Part shown: positions 8,435 through 17,849 of the stretch, piece after piece
Position numbering within the stretch: position 1 is the stretch's first letter
Layout of the letters: each line of letters starts with the position of its first letter
NCBI GenBank assembly: GCA_003353845.1
Contig: PIVT01000010.1
Coordinates: 4,042-68,041 of the forward strand
Length of the DNA: 64,000 nucleotides
Source of the DNA: Pseudomonadota bacterium
Lineage (GTDB): Bacteria; Myxococcota_A; UBA9160; JADFDR01
Direction of reading: 5' to 3'
Position numbers and translations under genes: made by a program
Notes under the pieces: generated by a model
What the model was told of the DNA's origin: nothing
The model's input: the letters and a program-made list of their open reading frames with translations, nothing else
The model's database searches: none

Positions 8435-9930
8435 GTCGTACCATCTTATTCATAACACCCCCCTACCACTGTGGCGTGGTCGAAGTCGCCGGGCATTGGA
8501 TGCCCTTGGGGCTAGTCTATCTAGCGGCCGCCGCGCGCCGGGCCGGTTGGACCCCGATGATCTACGATGCCATGACCAAGCGGCATGAGCACGCCCAGAT
8601 CCGCGAGCGCATCAAAGAGCTGAACCCCGATTGCGTTGCGACAACAGCCATTACGCCGACTTTTCCGGATTGCTTGGAACTCCTGCGCAATGCCAAGGAC
8701 GTGCTTCCCGATGTGATTACCATCATGGGGGGTGTCCATCCCACCTTCATGTTCAAGGATATTTTGCAGGAATCACCCGACGTGGTGGATTACATCGTCC
8801 GCGGAGAGGGCGAGGAGACCCTGGAAGAACTGTTGCGCTGCATCGCCCAGGACAATGACCCCGAGGACGTGAGAGGGCTCAGCTTTCCACGTGAGAGCGA
8901 GATCTTGTACACCCCGAGCCGCAAGTTCGCCAAGAGCATCGAGATGGCCCACGACGAGTGGGACCTTCTCGACTGGAATGACTACACCTACTTTGTGATT
9001 CCGAAATCTCGCTTGGCCGTGGTATCCACCTCGCGCGGCTGCTCCTTTAGCTGCACCTTTTGCTCGCAGCAGAAGTTCTGGGAGCAGAGTTGGCGTTCTC
9101 GTGGCCCTGGACTCGCCGCCGACGAAATTCTGAACTTGCAGAAAAAGTACGGCGCCAACGTCTTCTTGATTACCGATGAATACCCCACCCAAGACCAGGA
9201 TCGCTGGGAAGCGTTCCTGGATCGACTCATCTTTGCCAAGTTCGATGGCTACCTGCTCATTGAGACGCGGGCGGCGGATATCGTGCGCGATGCCCACCTG
9301 ATGGCGAAATACCGAAAAGCCGGTGTCATTCATATCTATATCGGGCTGGAGGCGACGGATCAGCAAACCCTGGATACGATCAATAAGGAGCTGGTGCTGG
9401 ACGAATCCAAGGAGTGTCTGCGCTTGATTCGCGAGCACGGCATGGTGAGCGAGACAGCCTTTGTGCTCGGCTTTCCCTGGGAGACGCCGGAGACCATTGC
9501 GGCCACGCTAAAGCTTTCACAGGAATACGATCCCGACTTCGCGCACTACCTGGCCATTACCCCCTGGCCCTACGCCGACATCTACGAAGAGATGAGGCCG
9601 CATATCCGCGATTTTGACTATCGCAAGTACAACTTGATCGACCCTGTGATCAAGCCCGAGAACATGACCTTGGAAGAGGTGGACCGCGCCATTGTGAATT
9701 GCTACCGCGATTTCTACATGGGCAAGCTGCCGCAGATTGCCAAGGACCCGGACCCCTTCCGCAAGCATTACTTGCTGGTCTCCATGCGTCTCATTATGCG
9801 CAGCTCCTTCTTGAAGAAGAAGATGGGCAACCTGGGGACGATTCCAGCGGAGGTCGACCGTATGCTCAAGCGCTTGGGAATCAAAAGCGAAGAAGCCAAA
9901 AAGAAGGCCGTGTGCCCGATCAAACATTGA
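8431..9930 (+). CDS. B12-binding-domain radical SAM enzyme (class B, BchE-like family)
   Basis: The N-terminus is Rossmann-like (ILFITPPY...PLGLVYLAAAARRAG...IMGGVHPT, the cobalamin-binding domain pattern). It is followed by the radical SAM cluster motif CSFSCTFC. Confidence 0.85.
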   Translation: MSRTILFITPPYHCGVVEVAGHWMPLGLVYLAAAARRAGWTPMIYDAMTKRHEHAQIRERIKELNPDCVATTAITPTFPDCLELLRNAKDVLPDVITIMGGVHPTFMFKDILQESPDVVDYIVRGEGEETLEELLRCIAQDNDPEDVRGLSFPRESEILYTPSRKFAKSIEMAHDEWDLLDWNDYTYFVIPKSRLAVVSTSRGCSFSCTFCSQQKFWEQSWRSRGPGLAADEILNLQKKYGANVFLITDEYPTQDQDRWEAFLDRLIFAKFDGYLLIETRAADIVRDAHLMAKYRKAGVIHIYIGLEATDQQTLDTINKELVLDESKECLRLIREHGMVSETAFVLGFPWETPETIAATLKLSQEYDPDFAHYLAITPWPYADIYEEMRPHIRDFDYRKYNLIDPVIKPENMTLEEVDRAIVNCYRDFYMGKLPQIAKDPDPFRKHYLLVSMRLIMRSSFLKKKMGNLGTIPAEVDRMLKRLGIKSEEAKKKAVCPIKH

Positions 9931-10059
9931 TGGAATATGATGTCATCGTAGTCAGTCCCTCATGGGCTGTGGAACTCGCTTCTGCTGCGCTCTTGACGGA
10001 CGAGTTCTTTCGTAGGGCCTTCTACGCGACTCACAGAGCAAGGGTCGATTTCGAGGAAA

Positions 10060-12012
10060 TCAACCAGCAGCTGATACCGCGTTGATTTCCTTCAGCATGT
10101 CGGCCAGTCGATAGGGTTTGACGAGAAAGCCGCTGGCCCCGAGCTGCATCAGCGCATTCTGCCTACCCTGTGAGCCGTAGGCGCTGCTCATGATGACTTT
10201 GACCTTGGGGTCGAGTGTGAGCAGCTTCTCCAGACACACCTGGCCACCCATTCCCGGCATGCCAATGTCGAGGATGACGACCTGGATTTCACGGCCGTGT
10301 TCTTCAAAAACCTCGACAGCCTTCTCCCCGCTATTGGCCGTGTGGACGATGTACCCCTGCTCTCGTAGTGCAACTCCCATGACCTCGACCATGTCCGCCT
10401 CATCGTCCACCAAGAGGAGGGTTTCGTTGCTGCGTACCTCCAGCTTGGAGGACTTCTGCTCCTTTTCGATTTTCAGGGAGCCTTCGGGAAGGGCAGGGAG
10501 GAAGATCTGAAAGGTGGTCCCGCTTCCCAGGGTGCTTTGGCAGTGGATTCGCCCACCGAAGTTTTTCACGATGTCATAGACCACGGCGAGTCCGAGGCCT
10601 GTCCCTACACCCAGCCCCTTGGTGGTGAAGAAGGGGTCGAAGATGCGGGCCACTGTTGCCGGATCCATTCCTTCGCCGTTGTCGCTGACACTTAGCCGGA
10701 TCCAGGCGCCTGGCAGCGCAGGTACGGAGCGCACGGGCAGGACGTCTGTTGCATCGACTTGAGCCGTCTCGATGCGCAGGAGACCCCCGTCGGGCATCGC
10801 GTCTTTGGCGTTGAGGGCGAGGTTGACGATACTGAGCTCGATCTGGGAGGGGTCTACGTTGACGGCGGGAAGCTGGTCTTGGAACGTGCTCTGGATGTCG
10901 ATGGTTCTTGAGATGGTTGTTCGAAGGATAGCCTCCACGCGCTGGACGAGCCCGTTGAGGTCGGTGGGCTCTAGCTGGGTCTCCGATTTGCTTCCGAAGG
11001 TGAGGAGGCGCCGTGAAAGGTCAGCCGCGCGGTGTGCGGCATCACTAATCATCCCCAGCTCTGGATGCTCCGTTCCCTGAAGGTTGCCCTTCATCCCGAG
11101 TAGGTCCGCACAGCTTTGTATGATCTGGATGGAGTTGCCGAACTCATGGGAGATTGCGGAAGCGAGCGTGCCGATGGCTTCCATTTTTTGCCCGTGCAAG
11201 AGCTGCGCCTGGAGTTCTTCTCTTTCATTGATCTGGGACTGGAGTTCGGCGTTGCTGTCTTCGAGCTGCGCATAACTCTCTTGAAGGGTTGTACTCATGG
11301 TATTGAAATGTTCGGCGAGCTTTTGGAACTCGGGATCCACGACATCTTCAATGCGATAGCTGAGGTCTCCCGACGCAATGATCTCCGTTGCGCCTACAAG
11401 TCGTTCGACAGGCCGGGTAAGAGATTTTACCAGCGAGGCAGTGACCACTATGCACAGAGTCATCGTGAAGAGCACCGTGATAAAGAGGATGATTCTCACC
11501 CGATTGATCTTGGTAATGGCTTCACCGGTCATCATGTCCAGCTTCTCACTTGCGGACATTGACATCCCTTCAGTGTGCACGAGGATCTGGTGACCGATGA
11601 TCTCGGCTTCTTGTTCGATTGCGTCGATGCGCTGTTTATTGGCGGATGCCGTGATGTAGTGACTCAGGGCAATTTTGTAATCACCTAGAAGGTCGTTGAC
11701 CTTATTGAGTTTTACTTCGATTTCGGGCCGATGGTGGCAGTTGCTGCATTCGGCAGCAGCCTGGTCGAGTTTCCTTACGCTGGCGATAATACCATCTAGA
11801 TTCCGCGCCATGGACGTATGCGTCGTGTGGACATCCACTTGGACCTCCTGCAGGCTGATCACGAGGTTTTGACGAAGTCCTTCGATCTCATGCAGGTTGA
11901 CGAGGTTTTGCAATTGATTCGTCGCGACGGAGACGTACCAGGAAGCAGCGGCTGCGCCGAGCGAGGAGAGTATGAAGAGGGCCAGGACTGAGATGACGAT
12001 TTTTCGTCGCAT
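10060..12012 (-). CDS. Hybrid sensor histidine kinase (periplasmic CXXCH-containing helical domain, HAMP, HisKA, HATPase, C-terminal receiver)
   Basis: It has TM1, ~150 aa containing ECSNCHH, then TM2. Further motifs are HAMP (LTRPVERLV..GDLSYRIE), an H-box (SAISHEFGNS), N/G boxes (DNGEGM, GTGLGLAVV) and a receiver (LLLVDDE...ILDIGMPGMGG...K). Confidence 0.85.
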   Translation of the reverse strand: MRRKIVISVLALFILSSLGAAAASWYVSVATNQLQNLVNLHEIEGLRQNLVISLQEVQVDVHTTHTSMARNLDGIIASVRKLDQAAAECSNCHHRPEIEVKLNKVNDLLGDYKIALSHYITASANKQRIDAIEQEAEIIGHQILVHTEGMSMSASEKLDMMTGEAITKINRVRIILFITVLFTMTLCIVVTASLVKSLTRPVERLVGATEIIASGDLSYRIEDVVDPEFQKLAEHFNTMSTTLQESYAQLEDSNAELQSQINEREELQAQLLHGQKMEAIGTLASAISHEFGNSIQIIQSCADLLGMKGNLQGTEHPELGMISDAAHRAADLSRRLLTFGSKSETQLEPTDLNGLVQRVEAILRTTISRTIDIQSTFQDQLPAVNVDPSQIELSIVNLALNAKDAMPDGGLLRIETAQVDATDVLPVRSVPALPGAWIRLSVSDNGEGMDPATVARIFDPFFTTKGLGVGTGLGLAVVYDIVKNFGGRIHCQSTLGSGTTFQIFLPALPEGSLKIEKEQKSSKLEVRSNETLLLVDDEADMVEVMGVALREQGYIVHTANSGEKAVEVFEEHGREIQVVILDIGMPGMGGQVCLEKLLTLDPKVKVIMSSAYGSQGRQNALMQLGASGFLVKPYRLADMLKEINAVSAAG

Positions 12013-12022
12013 GCGGTGTCTT

Positions 12023-12973
12023 TTATTTATTCCTGTATTCGTAGTTTTTCAGGTCGATACCCGCATTGGCCGCGGCATGGAAAACCGGAGCGTAGTCCTC
12101 CCGCGTCGTGGCAAGGAAGCGAATCGCCTCGAACCCCTCAAGTACGTCGCGCCCTTCGGGAACATGGTCCATGTTCAGGAGAGCATCTCTGAGCTTTGTC
12201 TTGATCTCTGGTTTGAGGTCCGGTCGTACGCCGAGCGCATTCGATGGAAATTCTTGGGAATGCGCGAGGATGAAAAGCTGATCTTCGATTTTCGGGTCGC
12301 GCCGAATGAGGTGGTGAAAGATCGTATTTTTCGCGCAGCCGATGTCTACTTTCTTGTTGAGTACTGCGGTGACGGCAGCGTCGTGGCTGCCGGCAAAATA
12401 ATGCTCCTTGAAGAAGCTGTTCACATCCGTGACGCCATGTTCGCCCAAGAACGCCATGGGGAAGATGTACCCGGCCGTTGTCGCCTTGTCGACGAAGACA
12501 ATGCTCCGGCCCTTCATGTCACTCACGTTCCTGATCCCACTGTCTCTGCGGGTGAATATGTAACCTCGGTAGCTGGACGTTTCATCCAGCCAGAGAGGGC
12601 GCACGAGAGGTTCGATGCCCAGATTTTCAATGGCGAGTGCACCCGTGAAGCTTCCCCAAAAAGCGCCGTCCATCTCATCTTTTGAGAAGCTCTCAACGAT
12701 GTTTCCGTAGCGCGACAGGATGCTGAACTTGACCTTTATGCCGGTCTTTTCTTGAATGTATCGCCCGATCGGTTCGTAGCGTTTCATTTGTTCGAAGACG
12801 TTTTGCTCTGGGATCAATCCGATGGTGATCTCCTCCGCAGAGGCGCTTGGAGAGATCATTACAAAGAGCAAGAGCAGGGCTGACACGACCCTGCGTAGCC
12901 TTTCGGCCGTCCTTGGTTCCGACGGGTCGGTGGGGTGAGGGTGCCGGGTCAGTGAAACGCCATGTGCCTGCAT
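12023..12973 (-). CDS. PhnD-like periplasmic substrate-binding protein (phosphonate/phosphate ABC-type SBP fold)
   Basis: ITIGLIPEQNVFEQMKRYEPIGRYIQEKTGIKVKF and ...VFVDKATTAGYIFP... are typical of PhnD-family SBPs. It lies 10 nt upstream of the kinase, and no ABC permease or ATPase is nearby. Confidence 0.7.
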   Translation of the reverse strand: MQAHGVSLTRHPHPTDPSEPRTAERLRRVVSALLLLFVMISPSASAEEITIGLIPEQNVFEQMKRYEPIGRYIQEKTGIKVKFSILSRYGNIVESFSKDEMDGAFWGSFTGALAIENLGIEPLVRPLWLDETSSYRGYIFTRRDSGIRNVSDMKGRSIVFVDKATTAGYIFPMAFLGEHGVTDVNSFFKEHYFAGSHDAAVTAVLNKKVDIGCAKNTIFHHLIRRDPKIEDQLFILAHSQEFPSNALGVRPDLKPEIKTKLRDALLNMDHVPEGRDVLEGFEAIRFLATTREDYAPVFHAAANAGIDLKNYEYRNK

Positions 12974-13250
12974 ACTTTCAGGTATCCTTCGGACGCTGGC
13001 GCTTTGCCCTGGCGAACCGCAAGAGGGTGGCCACGCCGTTATCTCGCGTCAGGCCAGTCTGAAAGGCGAATTATACCATGCGGAGAGCCCTGCCGCCCTC
13101 GCTTTGGGAGCGGGCCTCCAAGCGCGAGAATTCCGCCAAGGCGTCATCGTAGTGTTCCGCCTCGCATAGGAAGAATCCGACGTTGAATTGCGGATCGACT
13201 ACGAGAGTGCGTGAATCAATGCCGCCGTGCTGAAGGGTTTTTCGCGAGGC

Positions 13251-14051
13251 TCAGTCCGGTAGATCCGAGCCTTTGTTTCGACCCATCCATAACCCGACAA
13301 TGAAGGCCGCGGCGATGCCAAGAACGATGAGAGTAATATGGGTAGCACTGATTCCTGATGTGGGCTCCGTGACGGGCGGCGTCGACTGCTGGGGCTGGGC
13401 CGTGACGGGGGCTGCCGGTGTGGAAGGTGCGGCAGCCGGTGTTACGCTCAGTCGATCGTTCGGATTGCTGTAGGTCAATGCGATGGTCGTTTCTTGTGTG
13501 CTTGTGAGGGCTCCCAACCGCGCTTCTTGAACCATTACTCCGAAAGTCGTCATAGTCTCATTGGTAGGTGAGGGCATCACCGCGAGGTTTGATGCGTACT
13601 TGGGCTGCAATACTTCGTACTCAAACTGGGTGATTTCGAGTCCCCCGGGCCAACGGAAGATGAAGTTGCGGATTTCGCCCGTGGATAAGATCGGTGCATA
13701 GTACTCAAGCTGGAGGAAGGGGCTGTCGGTCGTGACCGTCACCGTGGCCCAGTCACCGTTAACCTCACGGGTGGATTCGGCGGTGTACAGGTTGCCGTCC
13801 GGGCCACGTCTGGCGATGGCATGTGGCATGCCGACATGGGTGGGGATGGGGAGTGCGACCTGAGCTGGCAACACGACGTCTGCTGCCAGTTGCAGGCGGT
13901 AGGTGACGAGTACCGCTGGGCGATCGTATTCTGGCCAGAGAGCGACGGTGAAGTTCTCGACTCTCGCAGCTTCCTCGCTCCATGCGGGCGAGGTGCCCCC
14001 AGCGAGGAAAAGACTCAGGAGGAGAAGGGCACGAGAAAAGTGAATTCGCAT
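13251..14051 (-). CDS. Hypothetical secreted protein with a Pro/Thr-rich linker and a C-terminal TM anchor
   Basis: The signal peptide is MRIHFSRALLLLSLFLAGGTSPAWS (start moved from 14144). The C-terminus reads PAAAPSTPAAPVTAQPQQSTPPVTEP followed by a hydrophobic helix. Confidence 0.4.
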   Translation of the reverse strand: MRIHFSRALLLLSLFLAGGTSPAWSEEAARVENFTVALWPEYDRPAVLVTYRLQLAADVVLPAQVALPIPTHVGMPHAIARRGPDGNLYTAESTREVNGDWATVTVTTDSPFLQLEYYAPILSTGEIRNFIFRWPGGLEITQFEYEVLQPKYASNLAVMPSPTNETMTTFGVMVQEARLGALTSTQETTIALTYSNPNDRLSVTPAAAPSTPAAPVTAQPQQSTPPVTEPTSGISATHITLIVLGIAAAFIVGLWMGRNKGSDLPD

Positions 14052-14181
14052 CGAGGTGACGCTTTGCCTTGGTTGTTGCACAGGGCCTCTCCTATTCGCT
14101 CCAAGAACAAGTCGCTCCGAGAACGAACTGCTCCGAAAAAGCAAGTGTCGACGTTCATGAAAGGAAGAGTAGGCGAATCGC

Positions 14182-14964
14182 TTACTCTACCGTGATGCTC
14201 GCCTTCTCAATGATCAGATCGTAGTTGTAGCCATAACCGAAATCTTTGTCGGCCGTGAGGATTCCCTTGACCAGCACCGTATCTCCCACCTTGGTTTGTG
14301 AATCTGTGGTGATGGTGAGATCGTTCACGCCGCTGGCAGAGGTTGTGCCGTCTTGGATGTGGACGAAGTTCGTTCCCATGATCCCGCCGCTGTACTTCAC
14401 AACCTTTCCTCGCAGGACGACTTCCTGGCCGACCAGGCTGCTCTTCCCATCGAAAAGCTCAGCGATGTCTTGTCCGCCTTGCGCCTTTTCGATTCCCGTT
14501 ATACCGACATCCTCAGCCGTGGTGTTTCCTTTGTATTCTGCGCTGGGTGCGTATCCTGCGCTGGCTGCTTGGGGGGCGGGCTGTCCTCCGACCTGGACCA
14601 TGCCAACGAAAAGGACTGAGTCGAAAGTACGTTGCAGCGTTTTGCTAAAGTAATTGTTCATGACTGCACCCTCAGGGATTGAGGCCTCGTCGCCTACTTT
14701 CACCTGGAAGCTGGGTGCCGCTGCCCAGATTTTCTCGCTGCCGGTGTCTACCAGAACGTAGGTGTATCCGCCCGCATCGATAGTCTCGATGACCTTTCCC
14801 GTCGCCCGCCAGTTTGTCATCTGAGGGGCAGGGGCGCCGGGGCTCCCGTCCACTACGGGGGGGTGGCCTTGGGGTACGGCCTCAGCATTCGAGAGGTGAG
14901 GGGCGAGGGTCAGGCCCATGGAAAGGGTTAGCCCTAATAAGATGGTCATCGGTGTCTTGTTCAC
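14182..14964 (-). CDS. Secreted protein with two beta-rich (OB-fold-like) modules
   Basis: It has a signal peptide, the motif GKVIETIDAGGYTYVLVDTGSEKIWAAAP, and a C-terminal half with LVGQEVVLRGKVVKYSG..NFVHIQDG. The family name is not certain. Confidence 0.45.
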   Translation of the reverse strand: MNKTPMTILLGLTLSMGLTLAPHLSNAEAVPQGHPPVVDGSPGAPAPQMTNWRATGKVIETIDAGGYTYVLVDTGSEKIWAAAPSFQVKVGDEASIPEGAVMNNYFSKTLQRTFDSVLFVGMVQVGGQPAPQAASAGYAPSAEYKGNTTAEDVGITGIEKAQGGQDIAELFDGKSSLVGQEVVLRGKVVKYSGGIMGTNFVHIQDGTTSASGVNDLTITTDSQTKVGDTVLVKGILTADKDFGYGYNYDLIIEKASITVE

Positions 14965-15129
14965 GGTCTTGTACTCCTAAGTGATGGCGACGAACGGCTG
15001 CATATAAAACGGCAGCATATGCTAAGGGGGCGCAAGATTATCCCAGCGACCTGCTGTCCGTCCAACCTTCCGGTAGTCTAACCTGTTCGGTATAATAGTT
15101 TCGGTAACTGCGACAAAAGGAGCCATATT

Positions 15130-15771
15130 GTGAGAGCAGGACTCAGCCCATTTCTCAGAGAGACTTTTATTGTAATCCTGGCACTCGTCGCCAGTGGTTG
15201 CACATCCATCAAGCTCGTCGATACCTGGAAAGATGGATCCTATGCAAAGCTTCCGATCCAGAAGATTCTGATCGTGATGACGGCTGAGGACGAGCGCAGC
15301 AGGCGATTGGCAGAAGACTCCGTCGTAACCGCTTTTCGTGTTGCCAATGTAGAGGCTGTTGCTGGCTACACACTCCTTCCGGGGGCGGTCCAGATCAATG
15401 AAGAGACCATTGCGAAGGCCATCGCGGGGAAAGGCTTTGACGTCGTCCTGATCACGAGTCACGAGAACACGGAGACAACCTCGGTTTATGTGCCCGGCGA
15501 GGTTCGAACCGAGGTGGTGGGCGCCCCGAATTACGGGGGGCGCGCAGGCTGGGGGCGTTACAATCGCCGAGAGTACCGAACCATCGAGCAGCCAGGTTAT
15601 TATCGAGAGGATAAGGTGGTGACCCTGGACACCAACTTGTACGAAACCAAGGCGGGGAATTTAATCTGGTCGGCACGTTCGCAGAGCCAGAATCCGCAGT
15701 CAGTCGCTGATCTCGTAGACCCCTTGGCCACGGAACTCATCAAACATCTGACGCTCGATGGGTTTTTGTAG
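15130..15771 (+). CDS. Lipoprotein of unknown function
   Basis: It starts at GTG and has the lipobox LALVASGC. No catalytic motif was recognised. Confidence 0.5.
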   Translation: MRAGLSPFLRETFIVILALVASGCTSIKLVDTWKDGSYAKLPIQKILIVMTAEDERSRRLAEDSVVTAFRVANVEAVAGYTLLPGAVQINEETIAKAIAGKGFDVVLITSHENTETTSVYVPGEVRTEVVGAPNYGGRAGWGRYNRREYRTIEQPGYYREDKVVTLDTNLYETKAGNLIWSARSQSQNPQSVADLVDPLATELIKHLTLDGFL

Positions 15772-16016
15772 TGAATATTGAAGTGCGCTGAGCAAGACGG
15801 CGTCGTGCAGTTCCGATAAAACTGTATTTACGTATCCGCGATGTCGTGCATATTGTCAGTCAGCCTGCGGCATTTTTACCCAATCCAAAGGAACGCAATC
15901 CGCCTAGAATACGCTGCGACAATCAGTTCGGGCTCCTGTGTGGAGTGTAAGTCCTGGTGTCTGGGCCCCTGTCGGAGCCTCGTAGTTCGCTGATCGGCAT
16001 TATGGAAAGGATGTTC

Positions 16017-17810
16017 ATGGAACACCGAAAGTCTCCCTTTATCCACTTTTTCCAGTTCTTAGGGAAAGTGCAGTTCACGATGGTCCTCCTCCTTCTCGGC
16101 GTCGTCGTGATGACGGTCGGTACGATTATTGAATCGCGCGAAAGTCGAGAGATTGCCCAGAGCGTAATTTACGGGGCTTTCTGGTTCGACACCTTTCTGT
16201 TTTTGATTGGCCTGAACCTCGTGATCTCCGTGATCAACCGGATTCCGATTCAACGTCACCAATGGGCCTTCGTCCTCGTCCATTTTTCCATCGTGATCCT
16301 GCTCATTGGTTCTTGGGTCTCCCACAGCATCGGTTACGAGGGCCAGGCCATGATCTACGAGGGCAGTACATCGAATCAGCTCTTTCTAGATACAAAACAG
16401 CTGCGTTTAGATTGGGTGGGGGGAGAGGCCATCTTTCCTATTGAGCCCGGTACCGATCTTACGGGTAAAATCCTCCAAGAAGAAGAAGGAACCCGCCCGG
16501 CCGTTCGGATCTTGGAATACATCCCACGTGGGACCCAAAAGGTTCTACTTGGCGAAGGGCGCCCGCAGGACCCTCCTGGAATCCGGTTCTCGATCACCGG
16601 TGATCAGGAGTTCGTCAACGATTGGGAGATCGCCAAAGGAGGGCGCGCGACGGTAAGAGACGTCGGCTCCTACGAAGTTGAGGTGGTGCCCGTCCCATCG
16701 GAAGCTTTTCTCGCAGCGCGTAGAGAGGCAAAGCCCAGCGCTGGCTACCGCGTCATCCTTCATGCCCGGGCGGATTCCAGCCCCGTCGAAATTCCATTGC
16801 CGGAGGGGCTGGGGAAGGACTTTCAAATCGGTGATGGGATCGTGGCAAAGGTAGAGAGCTTTTTTCTTAACGCGCGCTTGGTCAAAGGCGTACTTGAGGA
16901 TGTTCCCACCGCTGCCATCAACCCAGCGGTGATTGTCGAGATCCGCACAGCGTCGGGCAGTGAGCGCCACACCCTCTTTACGCAGTTTCCAGACTTTAAC
17001 GTCATCCACAACCGAGACCCGAATCAGAAGCGCATTGAACGCTTAGCCTTCGTCGGGGCCGCAAGTATCCCGAAGACTAGAATTTCTGTCTTGGTAGGTC
17101 CGGGTGAGCAACTCCACTTGCAGCTCACAACCGATAGTGGAATCGAGGCCGCGGTGCCCATCGCCGTCAAGGAAGGCATTCTCTTGCAATCCAGCGGAGT
17201 GAAGTTCGAGCTTACGGAACGCTTGCTCCATGCACGATCCAACCTCCGCGTTAAGCCAGTCCCAGACGGATGGCAGGGTGGGGAGAGTCCCTATCTCAAA
17301 GTTGAACTCAACTCCCAGGGGGTCGGCGAATCCTTTTGGATACAGTATGGATCGATGGCCCAGCACGAGTTGGCAGGGCAGGGGGTCGTGACTGTTTTTG
17401 GACAGGAAATTCGCACCTTGCCCTTTACCATCACGCTCAAAGAGTTTGAGGTATTGACGCACCCTGGCTCCAGTCGTCCATCGGAATACCGTAGCCAGAT
17501 CACCCTCACACCGGCATCGAAGTCGCTGCCGCCTCGCGAGGAGGTCATTTCCATGAACCGACCTCTGGACGAGCAAGGGTTTAGACTCTTTCAGAGCAGC
17601 TACAAACTTGGAAAAGGGAATGAACCCGACGCAACGATCCTCTCCATCTCACACGATCCCGGTGTGCCCATCGTCTACATTTCCTTTGGAATGCTTGTAT
17701 TGGGAATCACCTGGTATTTACGCAATCAGAGTCGGCAAGCCATGCTGCTCAGTCGAGCGGCGGATCGCGCGCGCGAGCAGTTGGCCCTGGCAGGGAATGA
17801 CGAGCGCTAA
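16017..17810 (+). CDS. resB: ResB/CcsB cytochrome c biogenesis protein (long form, set 2)
   Basis: A GGAAAGGA RBS precedes the ATG at 16017 (the ORF track starts at 15957). The N-terminus reads FLGKVQFTMVLLLLGVVVMTVGTIIES, followed by a large periplasmic domain. The C-terminus has SEYRSQITL...MNRPLDEQGFRLFQSSY plus a TM helix. Confidence 0.8.
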   Translation: MEHRKSPFIHFFQFLGKVQFTMVLLLLGVVVMTVGTIIESRESREIAQSVIYGAFWFDTFLFLIGLNLVISVINRIPIQRHQWAFVLVHFSIVILLIGSWVSHSIGYEGQAMIYEGSTSNQLFLDTKQLRLDWVGGEAIFPIEPGTDLTGKILQEEEGTRPAVRILEYIPRGTQKVLLGEGRPQDPPGIRFSITGDQEFVNDWEIAKGGRATVRDVGSYEVEVVPVPSEAFLAARREAKPSAGYRVILHARADSSPVEIPLPEGLGKDFQIGDGIVAKVESFFLNARLVKGVLEDVPTAAINPAVIVEIRTASGSERHTLFTQFPDFNVIHNRDPNQKRIERLAFVGAASIPKTRISVLVGPGEQLHLQLTTDSGIEAAVPIAVKEGILLQSSGVKFELTERLLHARSNLRVKPVPDGWQGGESPYLKVELNSQGVGESFWIQYGSMAQHELAGQGVVTVFGQEIRTLPFTITLKEFEVLTHPGSSRPSEYRSQITLTPASKSLPPREEVISMNRPLDEQGFRLFQSSYKLGKGNEPDATILSISHDPGVPIVYISFGMLVLGITWYLRNQSRQAMLLSRAADRAREQLALAGNDER

Positions 17811-17849
17811 GAAGGCTCTGGTATATCGAATGAAACGGAGATTACTAAC

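Noticed and set aside
15022-15462. A 146-aa minus-strand ORF overlapping the lipoprotein gene.
   Set aside because: It has no signal or motif, and the plus-strand ORF has a clear lipobox. It is probably spurious. I cannot fully exclude it without expression data.
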